Assembly: GCA_031362905.1 (NCBI GenBank)
Contig: JANLTL010000540.1
Span: forward strand, 1 to 40,148
DNA length: 40,148 bases
From: Burkholderiales bacterium
GTDB taxonomy: Bacteria; Pseudomonadota; Gammaproteobacteria; Burkholderiales; JAEUOS01
Direction of reading: 5' to 3'
Below are positions 26,448 through 34,772 of the stretch, in pieces. The translations under genes and the position numbers were made by a program. The notes under the pieces were generated by a model that ran no database searches, was not told the DNA's origin, and saw only the letters and a program-made list of their open reading frames with translations. The number at the start of each line of letters is the position of its first letter. The first letter of the stretch is position 1.

Positions 26448-27559
26448 GCACTCTTGAGAACGCCGCGGCGCATCTGATCGAGTTCGATCGATTCAAACAG
26501 CGCCTTGAAATTGCCTTCGCCGAAACCCTGGTCACCCTTGCGCTGGATGAACTCGAAAAAGATTGGCCCGAGCTGGTTTTCGCTGAAGATTTGCAGCAAC
26601 AGCGCACCTGCCTTGCCATCGACCAGAATCTTGCGGCGGTGCAGTTCTGCCAGCGGTTCGCCGTGGCCAGGGATGCGCTGGTCCACCAGTTCGTAATAGG
26701 TGTCGACGGTATCGAGCAGTGCGATCTGATTGGCGCGCATTGCGTCCACCGTGGCGAATATGTCGGATGCCCCCAGCGCAACGTGCTGGATGCCCTCGCC
26801 GTGATACGCCGAGAGATACTCCTGGATCTGCCCTTCCTTGTCGTTGCCCTCCTCGTTGATCGGAATGCGGATCATGCCGCAGGGGCTGCTCATGGCCTTC
26901 GACTTGACGCCGGTCACCTGGCCTTCAATGTCGAAATAGCGGTTCTCGCGGAAATTGAACAGGCGCTCGTAAAAACCGGCCCACTCATCCATGCGGCCGC
27001 GGTAGACGTTGTGCGTGAGATGGTCAATGTAGGTCAGGCCATTGCCTTTCGGGTTTAGATCGGCGCTCGAATCTTGCGAACCGTGCGCGCCAAGAGATTC
27101 GAAATCAACATCGAAAAATCCGATATTGCCGATGTCGCCCTCGCGCGCGCCATTCTTGCCCCGCCAGCGGTCGATCAGGTAAATGAGTGAATCGCCGATG
27201 CCTTTGATCGCCGGAATGTTGAGTTCACCGGGCCCGCTGCCGCCATCGAAACCCCAGGCACCCAGATCAAGCGCACGCCGGTACGCCTGCGCCGCATCCT
27301 GCACGCGGAAGGCGATGGCGCAGATCGATGGCCCGTGCATCCGCGCGAAGCGTTGCGCGAACGAGTCTGGCTCGGCATTGACGATAAAGTTGATTTCACC
27401 CTGCCGGTACAGCGTGACATTTTTGCGCCGGTGCCGGGCAATCGGTTTGAAGCCCATGCGCATGAACAATGCGCCCATTGCCACCGGGTCGGGGGCGGCA
27501 TATTCGATGAATTCAAACCCGGCAGTGCCCATCGGGTTGTCCCACAGATCGGTGTTCAT
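26444..27559 (-). CDS. hppD: 4-hydroxyphenylpyruvate dioxygenase
   Basis: [25 protein letters not shown] matches the HppD N-terminus. GIQHVAL and the [27 protein letters not shown]-terminus also fit. I chose the ATG at 27559, which has GGAG 8 nt upstream, over the TTG at 27586. Confidence 0.9.
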   Translation of the reverse strand: MNTDLWDNPMGTAGFEFIEYAAPDPVAMGALFMRMGFKPIARHRRKNVTLYRQGEINFIVNAEPDSFAQRFARMHGPSICAIAFRVQDAAQAYRRALDLGAWGFDGGSGPGELNIPAIKGIGDSLIYLIDRWRGKNGAREGDIGNIGFFDVDFESLGAHGSQDSSADLNPKGNGLTYIDHLTHNVYRGRMDEWAGFYERLFNFRENRYFDIEGQVTGVKSKAMSSPCGMIRIPINEEGNDKEGQIQEYLSAYHGEGIQHVALGASDIFATVDAMRANQIALLDTVDTYYELVDQRIPGHGEPLAELHRRKILVDGKAGALLLQIFSENQLGPIFFEFIQRKGDQGFGEGNFKALFESIELDQMRRGVLKSA

Positions 27560-27733
27560 GCCATGACTCCGTGCGATCAAGAACAATCATTGTAGGCAAG
27601 ATTCTTCGAGCTTCATGTTGAACTCGCGATTGATGCTAGCTGGCGTGATCGGCTCGAACGCCGGTTTCGCGCCAGCGCACCTCAGCGAGACTAGCGCGTT
27701 GCCGTTGCCGAAACTATGGAGAGTTGCTTGAAC

Positions 27734-27776
27734 CATGACAAAAAACATACCTCTTTCGAGGCTGTCATGTTTTTTG
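27734..27776. terminator. Composite palindrome downstream of the molybdoenzyme operon (possible bidirectional terminator)
   Basis: CAAAAAACAT (27739-27748) pairs with ATGTTTTTTG (27767-27776). These arms flank an inner hairpin, CCTC-tttc-GAGG. CATGACA (27734-27740) and TGTCATG (27763-27769) give an alternative pairing. An A-run and a T-run flank the core on both strands. Confidence 0.35.
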
Positions 27777-27808
27777 GAAAGATCAGTAAGCCGGGTAAAC
27801 CTGCAGGA

Positions 27809-30067
27809 TCAATCTGGGTTGTCGATCCATTTTTCGGCTTCGATCAAAATCGACAACGCACTTGGCCCCTGCGTCAACTGCGAGGTACCAATATCTGCGG
27901 AGAGCACATTGGGGTTGCCATTGCGCTCGATTCCATCCGGCGCAAGATCGAGCCACGCACCGGTCGCCATCATCACTACGCCCGGGATCAACGCATCGTC
28001 GATGACCACGCCGGCGAGGCACGCACCACGGTCGTTGCTCAGGCGCGCGATGTCACCAGCGGCAAGTCGGCGTGCCGCTGCATCATTTGGATGCATGTAC
28101 AAGGCTTCGCGACCCGCCACCTTGTTGGCCTGGGCGACCGGGCCCGGGTCCATTTGGCTGTGCAAACGATCCGGCGGCTGGATCGTGATCAGGTGCAGCG
28201 GATGGCGCTTTGCGGCGGCTGCGCCGAGCCATTCAGCCGGTGGCAGCCATGCCGGATGCGGCGGGCAATCGGCGTAGCCGAACGCGGCGATGGTGTGCGA
28301 GAACAGCTCGATCTTTCCTGACGGCGTTTGCAGCGGATGCGCGGCAGGGTTGTTGCGGAAGGCTTCGAACAGCACGTAGTCGCCGCCGCCCGGCGCGGGG
28401 CGCGGCAGTTCGACCCAGCCTTGCGCAAAGAACGCATCAAAATCCGGCAGCGCCACGCCTTTGGCTGCGGCGCCGTCGCGCACGCGCTGCCAGATCGCCT
28501 GCAACCAAGTCTGCGTGTCGCGGCCTTCGGTGTAGGCCTGCTCGTGACCGGCGCGCGCCGCCAGCTCGCGAAAAATGTCGAAGTCATCGCGGCTTTGATG
28601 CACCGGTGCAATCGCGCGCTGCATCGCGAAGATGAAGTTGTCGCGCGACGAGCCGCCGATGTCGTTGCGCTCAAGCGGCGTGGTGGCGGGCAGCACGATG
28701 TCGGCGCGCTTTGCGGTCGCGGTCCACCAACTGTCATGCACGATCACGGTGGCCGGTTTGGCCCAGGCGCGCGCGAGACGGTTGAGGTCTTGATGGTGAT
28801 GGAAGGGATTGCCGCCGGCCCAGTAGATGAGATCAACATCGGGGTAGACATGCTGCGCGCCGTTGAACGCATACTCTTCGCCCGGCTTCTCCAGCATGTC
28901 AGTAAGGCGCGCGGCCGGAATCGTTCGCTTCGCGGGGTTGGCGCCGGCGTCGAATTCAGGTGAAGGCAAATCCGCGCGCGGCTCGCCCACCGCATTCATC
29001 GAGCCGTGACCAAACGCGAAGCCGCCGCCGGGCAGGCCGATCTGGCCGAGCATGGCCGCCAGCGCTATCGCCATCCAGTAGGGCTGCTCGCCGTGGTGCG
29101 CCCGTTGCAGCGACCAGGTGAGCGTCATCATGGTGCGCGTCGATGCGGCGCGGCGCGCGAGGGTGCGAATGAGGTCTGCATTCACACCGCAAATCTGCGC
29201 GGCCCAGGCTGCGGTTTTCGCCACGCCATCATCAGTGCCGGTGATGTAGCGCTCCAGCGCTTCGAACCCGGTGCAGTGACTGTGCAGAAACGCGCGGTCG
29301 TGGCGGGCTTCAGAGAGCAGCGTGTGCGCCATGCCGAGCATCAGCGCGGAGTCGGTGGTGGGGCGCACGCCGATCCATTCGGCGTCAAGCAATGCGGGCG
29401 CATCGCTACGGTTTGGGCTGATCACGACAAACTCAACACCGGCAGCGCGCGCGTGTGTGAGCCACTGCGCCATCGTGTGCGCACCCGCTCCGCCCGAAGT
29501 CACCTGACCGTTCTTCAACGCGAGGCCGCCGAAACAGATCATCAACTTGGTATGGCCCACCACGCTGGCCCAGTCGGTGACCCGCCCCGACACTGGTGCG
29601 TGGGTGCCGATCACATGCGGCAACAAAAATTGCGCCGCGCCCCAACTGTAGTTGCCGGTTTGATCGACACAGCCGCCGCCGGAGAAGAGAAAGCGCCGCA
29701 CCTGGGTGCGTGCGTGATGAAAGCGCCCCGCTGACGACCAGCCATACGAGCCGCCAAAGATGCCCTGTGCGCCACGCTCGGCGCGCACCCGGGCGAGTTC
29801 GTCCGCGACCAGCTTGAGTGCCTCGTCCCACGAGACCTCGACATAGTCATCGCGGCCCCGCTGCGAGCGATCACGCGTTGCCAGCCACCCGCGCCTTACG
29901 GCAGGGCGTTGGATGCGCAGCGGCGAGTAGGTCATTGCGGCAATCGCGTCCAGCATCGGCGAGGGCGCCGGGTCGTGCGCGAACGGCTCGCAACGAACCA
30001 GGCGGCCGTCTTCCACGACGGCGGTATACGCGCCCCAGTGGACTAACTGTGAAAAGCGTTGTGCCAC
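27809..30067 (-). CDS. Molybdopterin (bis-MGD) S-/N-oxide reductase, BisC/TorZ-like, cytoplasmic
   Basis: 752 aa. The N-terminus HWGAYTAVVEDGRLV...PSPMLDAIAAMTYSPLRIQRPAVRRGWL is typical of biotin-sulfoxide-reductase-type enzymes. There is no twin-arginine signal and no N-terminal Cys cluster. Confidence 0.85.
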   Translation of the reverse strand: MAQRFSQLVHWGAYTAVVEDGRLVRCEPFAHDPAPSPMLDAIAAMTYSPLRIQRPAVRRGWLATRDRSQRGRDDYVEVSWDEALKLVADELARVRAERGAQGIFGGSYGWSSAGRFHHARTQVRRFLFSGGGCVDQTGNYSWGAAQFLLPHVIGTHAPVSGRVTDWASVVGHTKLMICFGGLALKNGQVTSGGAGAHTMAQWLTHARAAGVEFVVISPNRSDAPALLDAEWIGVRPTTDSALMLGMAHTLLSEARHDRAFLHSHCTGFEALERYITGTDDGVAKTAAWAAQICGVNADLIRTLARRAASTRTMMTLTWSLQRAHHGEQPYWMAIALAAMLGQIGLPGGGFAFGHGSMNAVGEPRADLPSPEFDAGANPAKRTIPAARLTDMLEKPGEEYAFNGAQHVYPDVDLIYWAGGNPFHHHQDLNRLARAWAKPATVIVHDSWWTATAKRADIVLPATTPLERNDIGGSSRDNFIFAMQRAIAPVHQSRDDFDIFRELAARAGHEQAYTEGRDTQTWLQAIWQRVRDGAAAKGVALPDFDAFFAQGWVELPRPAPGGGDYVLFEAFRNNPAAHPLQTPSGKIELFSHTIAAFGYADCPPHPAWLPPAEWLGAAAAKRHPLHLITIQPPDRLHSQMDPGPVAQANKVAGREALYMHPNDAAARRLAAGDIARLSNDRGACLAGVVIDDALIPGVVMMATGAWLDLAPDGIERNGNPNVLSADIGTSQLTQGPSALSILIEAEKWIDNPD

Positions 30068-30085
30068 AAGGCTTTGCAGCGTGCT

Positions 30086-30880
30086 CTACAAGGTGCCGGG
30101 ATAACCGCCGCCATCGATCAGCAGATTCTGCCCGGTGATGAAGCCGGCATGCTGCGAGCACAGAAAGGCGCACAAGGCACCGGCTTCTTCGGCGCGGCCA
30201 TAGCGTTCGGCCGGGTTGCTGCGCCCACGCGCTTCCCACAGTTGGTCAAAGGTTTTGCCATCGCCGTTTTTTCCGTCGGCAGCGAGCATGCCGAGGATGT
30301 GGTTCTTCTGCGCGTCGGTCGCGAACACGCCGGGCAGCACGTTGTTGACAGTCACGTTGTGTTTCACGGTCTGGCGGGCGAGACCGGCGGTAAAACCGAT
30401 CAACCCCATGCGCGAGCCGTTCGAGAGCGGCATCTCGCCCTGCGGCGATTTCACCGAGCGCGAGCTGATGTTGATGATGCGACCAAACTTGCGCTCGATC
30501 ATGCCGTCCACCACCGCGCGCATCATCGCAATCGGCCCCAACATCATCGAGTCCAGTGCGGCAATCCACGCAGCACGGTCGAGGTCACGAAAGTCTCCGG
30601 GCGCCGGCCCGTCCGCGTTGTTAATCAGGATGTCCGGCGCGGGGCAAGCGGCGAGCGCGGCGGCACGCCCTTCCTCACGCGTAAGGTCAGCCGCCACATA
30701 CGACACCTGGTGACCGCTATGTGCCGTCAGCTCTGCCGCCGCCGCGTGCATGGTCTCCAGATTGCGCGCGGCAATGGTAACGAGCGCGCCTTCGCTGGAA
30801 AGCATTTGCGCTGCCGCGCGGCCCATGCCACGACTGCCGCCAAACACCAGTGCGCGTTTACCGCGAAGTCCCAAGTCCAT
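30086..30880 (-). CDS. SDR family oxidoreductase
   Basis: I trimmed the ORF to the ATG at 30880 (MDLGLRGKRALVFGGSRGMGRAAA, 264 aa). Motifs NNAD, NISS and the tail GQNLLIDGGGY. The stop lies 18 nt upstream of the molybdoenzyme start, so the two genes probably share an operon. Confidence 0.8.
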   Translation of the reverse strand: MDLGLRGKRALVFGGSRGMGRAAAQMLSSEGALVTIAARNLETMHAAAAELTAHSGHQVSYVAADLTREEGRAAALAACPAPDILINNADGPAPGDFRDLDRAAWIAALDSMMLGPIAMMRAVVDGMIERKFGRIINISSRSVKSPQGEMPLSNGSRMGLIGFTAGLARQTVKHNVTVNNVLPGVFATDAQKNHILGMLAADGKNGDGKTFDQLWEARGRSNPAERYGRAEEAGALCAFLCSQHAGFITGQNLLIDGGGYPGTL

Positions 30881-31088
30881 GATGATCCTGAAAAATTGGC
30901 GAACCCCAAGTGTAGCAATCAGTGCGGCAATGATAACGACACGCGCCAGGATGAGACTTGCCCTGAAGGGTCTTTGTGATACTTTGCGGTGCCATGAGGG
31001 CTGCAGTCTTTGCTGACCCGTCTGGCCGCGCGCCAGAATCCGCTGTGCCTGATCGATCAAAGATTCCCCCATTGCCCCACGCCCCTGC

Positions 31089-32504
31089 ATGACCTGCGCC
31101 GCTGACTCGCTCCGGCGCGCCGACGCCACCGCCCAGGCCGCCGCACTCGCTGCCGGGCAGGTCAGCGCTGCCGTGTTGACGCGCGCCACGCTCGACGCGA
31201 TTGCGCGCGACAACCCGATGCTCAACTGCTATCTGCATGTCGCTGCCGACACAGCGATGGCAGCGGCGCACGCCGCAGACGCGCGGCGGCAACAGGGCCG
31301 CGTCATCGGCTCGCTCGACGGCATCACCGTAGCGATCAAAGACAACATTGATGTGGCCGGCATGCCCACCACGGCGGGCATCGGCCTGCGCGCCGGGCGC
31401 ATTGCCGCGACCGATGCCTTTGCGGTCGCGCGCCTGCGCGCCGCCGGTGCGGTGCTGACCGGCAAGCTCAATCTGCATGCTGCGGCGATGGGTGCCACCA
31501 GCCACAATCCGTATTTTGGTGACTGCCACAACCCGCACCGCCACGGCTTCACGCCGGGCGGCTCCAGCGGCGGCTCTGCAGCGGCAGTGGCCGCAGGTCT
31601 GTGCGCGCTGGCGCTGGGCAGTGACACCATGGGTTCCGTGCGCATTCCGGCCTCGTATTGCGGCGTGGTCGGCCTCAAGGCCACCTATGGCCTCATCAGC
31701 ACGCGCGGCGCGGTGGTGTGCAGCCACCGGCTCGATCATCTCGGGCCGCTGACGCGCAGTGTGCGCGACATGCAGCTCGCGCTTGATGCTCTAGCGGTGT
31801 TTGATCCGGCGTGTGGTGATGGGGCCGCCGCCGCGCACGCCGCCCCGCTGGCCCCGCCGCTGTCTGCGCCCAGACTCGCCGCACCGTTGGCGGCGGATTT
31901 GCGCGCTGCCGGCTGCGAGCCGGCCATGCTGACGCTGTTCGAGGCGCAACTGGAGCGGCTCGCCACACTCGGCATGCCATCGGTGCGCGTGGCATTGACG
32001 GACTATGACTTCGGCCGCGCACGCCGCGCCGGGCTGGTGCTCTGCCTGGCCGACCTGCTCATGGAGTATGGCGACGAGTGGGCGGTGAGCCCGGTGGCCT
32101 TTGAGCCGGAACTCGCGCCGCTGTTGCGCTACGGCGAAACCAGAGATGCCACCGCACGCGCCGCTGCACGCGAACGCGTCGACGCCGCGCGCGCGTTGGC
32201 CAATGCGTGGCTGGCGCAGGCCGATGTTTTTGTGATGCCGGTGGCCGCACAGCGCGCGTTTGCGTTCGCTGATCCGGTGCCCGTCCATCAGGCCGACTGG
32301 TGCGCGGTCGCCAACATGGCGGGGGTGCCGGCGCTCGCAGTGCCGATGCCGGTGCAAGCCGGTGAGCTCCCGGCGGGCTTGCAACTGCTGGCTCGGGCCG
32401 GATACGAGCACACCTTGCTGGCGGTGGCGCAGCGTTATGCGGCGGCGGCAGTACCCGCAGTGACCCCCGCAGCGGCTTCGATGATCCAACACCCCATTCC
32501 CTGA
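31089..32504 (+). CDS. Amidase (amidase-signature family)
   Basis: Catalytic Lys region ITVAIKDNIDVAG and the signature GGSSGGSAAAVAAGLCALALGSDTMGSVRIPASYCG. Confidence 0.85.
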   Translation: MTCAADSLRRADATAQAAALAAGQVSAAVLTRATLDAIARDNPMLNCYLHVAADTAMAAAHAADARRQQGRVIGSLDGITVAIKDNIDVAGMPTTAGIGLRAGRIAATDAFAVARLRAAGAVLTGKLNLHAAAMGATSHNPYFGDCHNPHRHGFTPGGSSGGSAAAVAAGLCALALGSDTMGSVRIPASYCGVVGLKATYGLISTRGAVVCSHRLDHLGPLTRSVRDMQLALDALAVFDPACGDGAAAAHAAPLAPPLSAPRLAAPLAADLRAAGCEPAMLTLFEAQLERLATLGMPSVRVALTDYDFGRARRAGLVLCLADLLMEYGDEWAVSPVAFEPELAPLLRYGETRDATARAAARERVDAARALANAWLAQADVFVMPVAAQRAFAFADPVPVHQADWCAVANMAGVPALAVPMPVQAGELPAGLQLLARAGYEHTLLAVAQRYAAAAVPAVTPAAASMIQHPIP

Positions 32505-32554
32505 AATCCTTGCCCTGAAACCCCTGCCCTGAAACCCCTGCCCTGAAACCTTTG
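32499..32554. repeat. Tandem repeat, 14 bp x 4 (CCCTGAAACCCCTG consensus)
   Basis: The units are 32499-32512 CCCTGAAATCCTTG, 32513-32526 and 32527-32540 CCCTGAAACCCCTG (identical to each other), and 32541-32554 CCCTGAAACCTTTG. The amidase TGA stop (32502-32504) lies inside unit 1. Confidence 0.9.
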
Positions 32555-32604
32555 GTGGGAGCGGCTTCCCGCAATCAATGTCCGATAAGCCTTGGTGGGA
32601 GCGG
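32552..32604. repeat. Direct repeat of a 13-mer, TTGGTGGGAGCGG, 40 nt apart
   Basis: Exact copies at 32552-32564 and 32592-32604. They lie just after the tandem repeat and about 110 nt upstream of the DapA-like gene. Confidence 0.85.
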
Positions 32605-32710
32605 TTCTTGACGATGCGGCCTGGTGCGTTTTCTGGCGGTACCGGCACACAGGGTGCCGTAGACGGATACAATTGTGCGCAATCAATCTCCCCGCCCACC
32701 GGAGCACATC

Positions 32711-33652
32711 ATGTCCAAGCTGCGCATCGAAGGTTCATTCGTCGCGTCCGTCACGCCGTTCAACCAGAATGGCGAAATCGATTTTGGCGCGTTTCGCACG
32801 CTGATCGATTTTCAGCAAAAACACGGCACCGCGGCCATGCTGTTCATGGGATCAACCGGCGAGCCCTCGCTGTTGTCGCCCGAAGAAAAGAAACGCCTGG
32901 TGGTCGAGACCGCGAAGATGAAGCCGGCCGGCATGCACTTTTTTTATGGCTGCACCGGCAACACTGCGGACCTGGTGATCGACAACATCAAATGGGTCAA
33001 AGCCAATGGCGGCGATGGCGCGGTGATTGCGGCACCGCCCTACATCTGCGCTGCGGAAGACGACATTGAAGCCTTCTATCTGGAAGTGGCCGACGCCACC
33101 GACCTGCCGCTTGGCATCTACAACAACCCGCCGCGCATCAAGACCGATTTGCACTGGGATCACCTGCTGCGTCTGTTCAAGCACCCGAACATCGTGATCC
33201 ACAAGGAATCGACCACGCGCGTGGGCCAGGTGGCGCAAATTCTCGCGGCCAAACCCGATGTCACCGTGATGTGCTGCGACTCGCCCAACTTAGGCCTCGT
33301 GGTACCGACCATGTCGCTTGGTGGGCACGGCACCGCCAACATGGGTGGCAACATCATCCCCGCCGAGATGGCCGTGATCTCGACGCCGTGGACCAGTTAT
33401 GCCCAGGCCGACGCATTCAAGGAAACCTATCTGCGCATGCTGCCGGTGCTGCATTACAACTACTCGGCGATCAACCCGGTGGCGATCAAGAGCCTGATGC
33501 GCGCTGTCGGCCTGCCGGTTGGAGCGCTGCGCAAGCCCCTGAAAAACTATGAAGGCGAAGCGCTCGCGAAAGGTATTCGCATCGTGCGCGAGCTGGGCCT
33601 GGACAAAAAGTACGGCTACACGGTTGAACCGAAGCTGGCGCGGGCGGCGTAG
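32711..33652 (+). CDS. Dihydrodipicolinate synthase / N-acetylneuraminate lyase family protein
   Basis: I chose the ATG at 32711, preceded by GGAG at 32701. SVTPFNQNGEIDFGAFRTLIDF and MGSTGEPSLLSPEEKKRL match the class I aldolase DapA family. The candidate Schiff-base Lys is in IVIHKEST. Confidence 0.85.
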   Translation: MSKLRIEGSFVASVTPFNQNGEIDFGAFRTLIDFQQKHGTAAMLFMGSTGEPSLLSPEEKKRLVVETAKMKPAGMHFFYGCTGNTADLVIDNIKWVKANGGDGAVIAAPPYICAAEDDIEAFYLEVADATDLPLGIYNNPPRIKTDLHWDHLLRLFKHPNIVIHKESTTRVGQVAQILAAKPDVTVMCCDSPNLGLVVPTMSLGGHGTANMGGNIIPAEMAVISTPWTSYAQADAFKETYLRMLPVLHYNYSAINPVAIKSLMRAVGLPVGALRKPLKNYEGEALAKGIRIVRELGLDKKYGYTVEPKLARAA

Positions 33653-33746
33653 TAGCTGAACTGCGGTGCAACGCCAACGCGGCACCGGGCCCCGGCGCTG
33701 CTTGGGTGCCGTGGTCCGATGGCGCGCTGCACCATTGAAATACACA

Positions 33747-33773
33747 GGCTGCCCGATCCGGGCAGCCTTTTTT
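33747..33773 (+). terminator. Rho-independent terminator
   Basis: GGCTGCCCG-atc-CGGGCAGCC is a perfect 9-bp GC-rich stem, followed immediately by TTTTTT. Confidence 0.8.
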
Positions 33774-33785
33774 GACTCTGGAGAC

Positions 33786-34754
33786 ATGATGAAGCAACTT
33801 GCCAAGGCGTTTTTCGCACTCGTTGCGCTCACAGCGGCGTTTGCCGCCCACGCGCAATACCCGGCGCGCCCGGTGCGCGTGATCGTGCCCTATCCGCCGG
33901 GCGGCACGGTCGATGTGGTGGCGCGCGTGGTGGCGCAGCGCCTGTCGGAGCAAATGGGGCAACAGTTCGTGGTCGAGAACCGCGCCGGGGCCAACGGTGT
34001 GCTCGGCAGCGACATGGTGGCCAAGGCCGCGCCCGATGGTTACACGCTGCTGGTGCAGGCATCGATCTTCGCGGCCAATCCGCTGTTCCTGCCCAACGTG
34101 CCGTATGACGTGCAAAAGGATTTCACGCCCGTCTCCAACCTGGGTGCCGTGCCGCTGCTGGTGAGTGCGCATCCGGGTGTACCAGCGGCCAACCTGCGTG
34201 AATTCATTGCGCTGGTCAAGGCGGACAGCAAGAAGTATTCGTTCGCCACCTCGGGCTTGGGCTCGGCGGGACATCTGTCTGAAGAAACCATCAAGCGCCA
34301 GGCCGGCATTCCCGATCTGCTGATCGTTCCCTACAAAGGGTCCGGGCCGGCGCTTACCGATTTGATGGGCGGGCAGGTGAGCGCGATGATTGATCCGCTG
34401 CCCTCGTCCTATCCTCTGGTCAAGGGCGGCAAGTTGAAGGCGTTGGCGGTCACCAGCAGCAAGCGCGTACCCTTCATGCCTGCCGTGCCGACGGTGGCAG
34501 AGTCGGGCCTGCCGGGCTTCGAGATGGTGTCATGGTATGGCCTGTGGGCGCCGGCCGGATTGCCGCGCGAGATCACCGCACGCTTGACCGCCGAAGCAGC
34601 AAAAGCGGTGCGCTCACCCCAAGCCGCTGAGCGTCTCGGCGAACAAGGGTTCGAGGCCTCGGGCGACGGACCGGAAGCCTTCGCGGCCTACATACGCGAC
34701 GAGATTGCACGCTACGCCAGGATCATCAAGGAAGCCAATATCAAGGCTGAATAG
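33786..34754 (+). CDS. Bug family (TctC-like) tripartite tricarboxylate transporter substrate-binding protein
   Basis: I chose the ATG at 33786, preceded by GGAG. Signal peptide MMKQLAKAFFALVALTAAFAAHA. Next comes the hallmark QYPARPVRVIVPYPPGGTVDVVAR...ENRAGANG...PDGYTLLV. Confidence 0.9.
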   Translation: MMKQLAKAFFALVALTAAFAAHAQYPARPVRVIVPYPPGGTVDVVARVVAQRLSEQMGQQFVVENRAGANGVLGSDMVAKAAPDGYTLLVQASIFAANPLFLPNVPYDVQKDFTPVSNLGAVPLLVSAHPGVPAANLREFIALVKADSKKYSFATSGLGSAGHLSEETIKRQAGIPDLLIVPYKGSGPALTDLMGGQVSAMIDPLPSSYPLVKGGKLKALAVTSSKRVPFMPAVPTVAESGLPGFEMVSWYGLWAPAGLPREITARLTAEAAKAVRSPQAAERLGEQGFEASGDGPEAFAAYIRDEIARYARIIKEANIKAE

Positions 34755-34772
34755 GCCGCAACCGGCAACGCC

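Noticed and set aside
30881-31739. The extension of the SDR ORF to 31225, and the 293-aa minus-strand ORF at 30858-31739
   Set aside because: The SDR glycine-rich motif follows the ATG at 30880. The other ORF is antisense to the amidase and has an Arg/Ala/Gly-rich nonsense composition.
32499-32554. Possible CRISPR array
   Set aside because: The units are only 14 bp, directly abutting with no spacers, and no cas genes lie nearby. This is a simple tandem repeat.
31791-32707. Minus-strand ORFs (302 aa, 171 aa, 90 aa) that cover the amidase 3' end and the tandem repeat and translate to FQGRGFRAGVSGQGFQG-type repeats
   Set aside because: The repetitive peptide is simply the tandem 14-mer read in another frame. 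The ORFs are antisense to the amidase and have no start context.
33486-34274. 262-aa minus-strand ORF across the DapA-like / Bug junction
   Set aside because: It crosses a strong plus-strand terminator and is antisense to two well-supported genes. It has no motifs.
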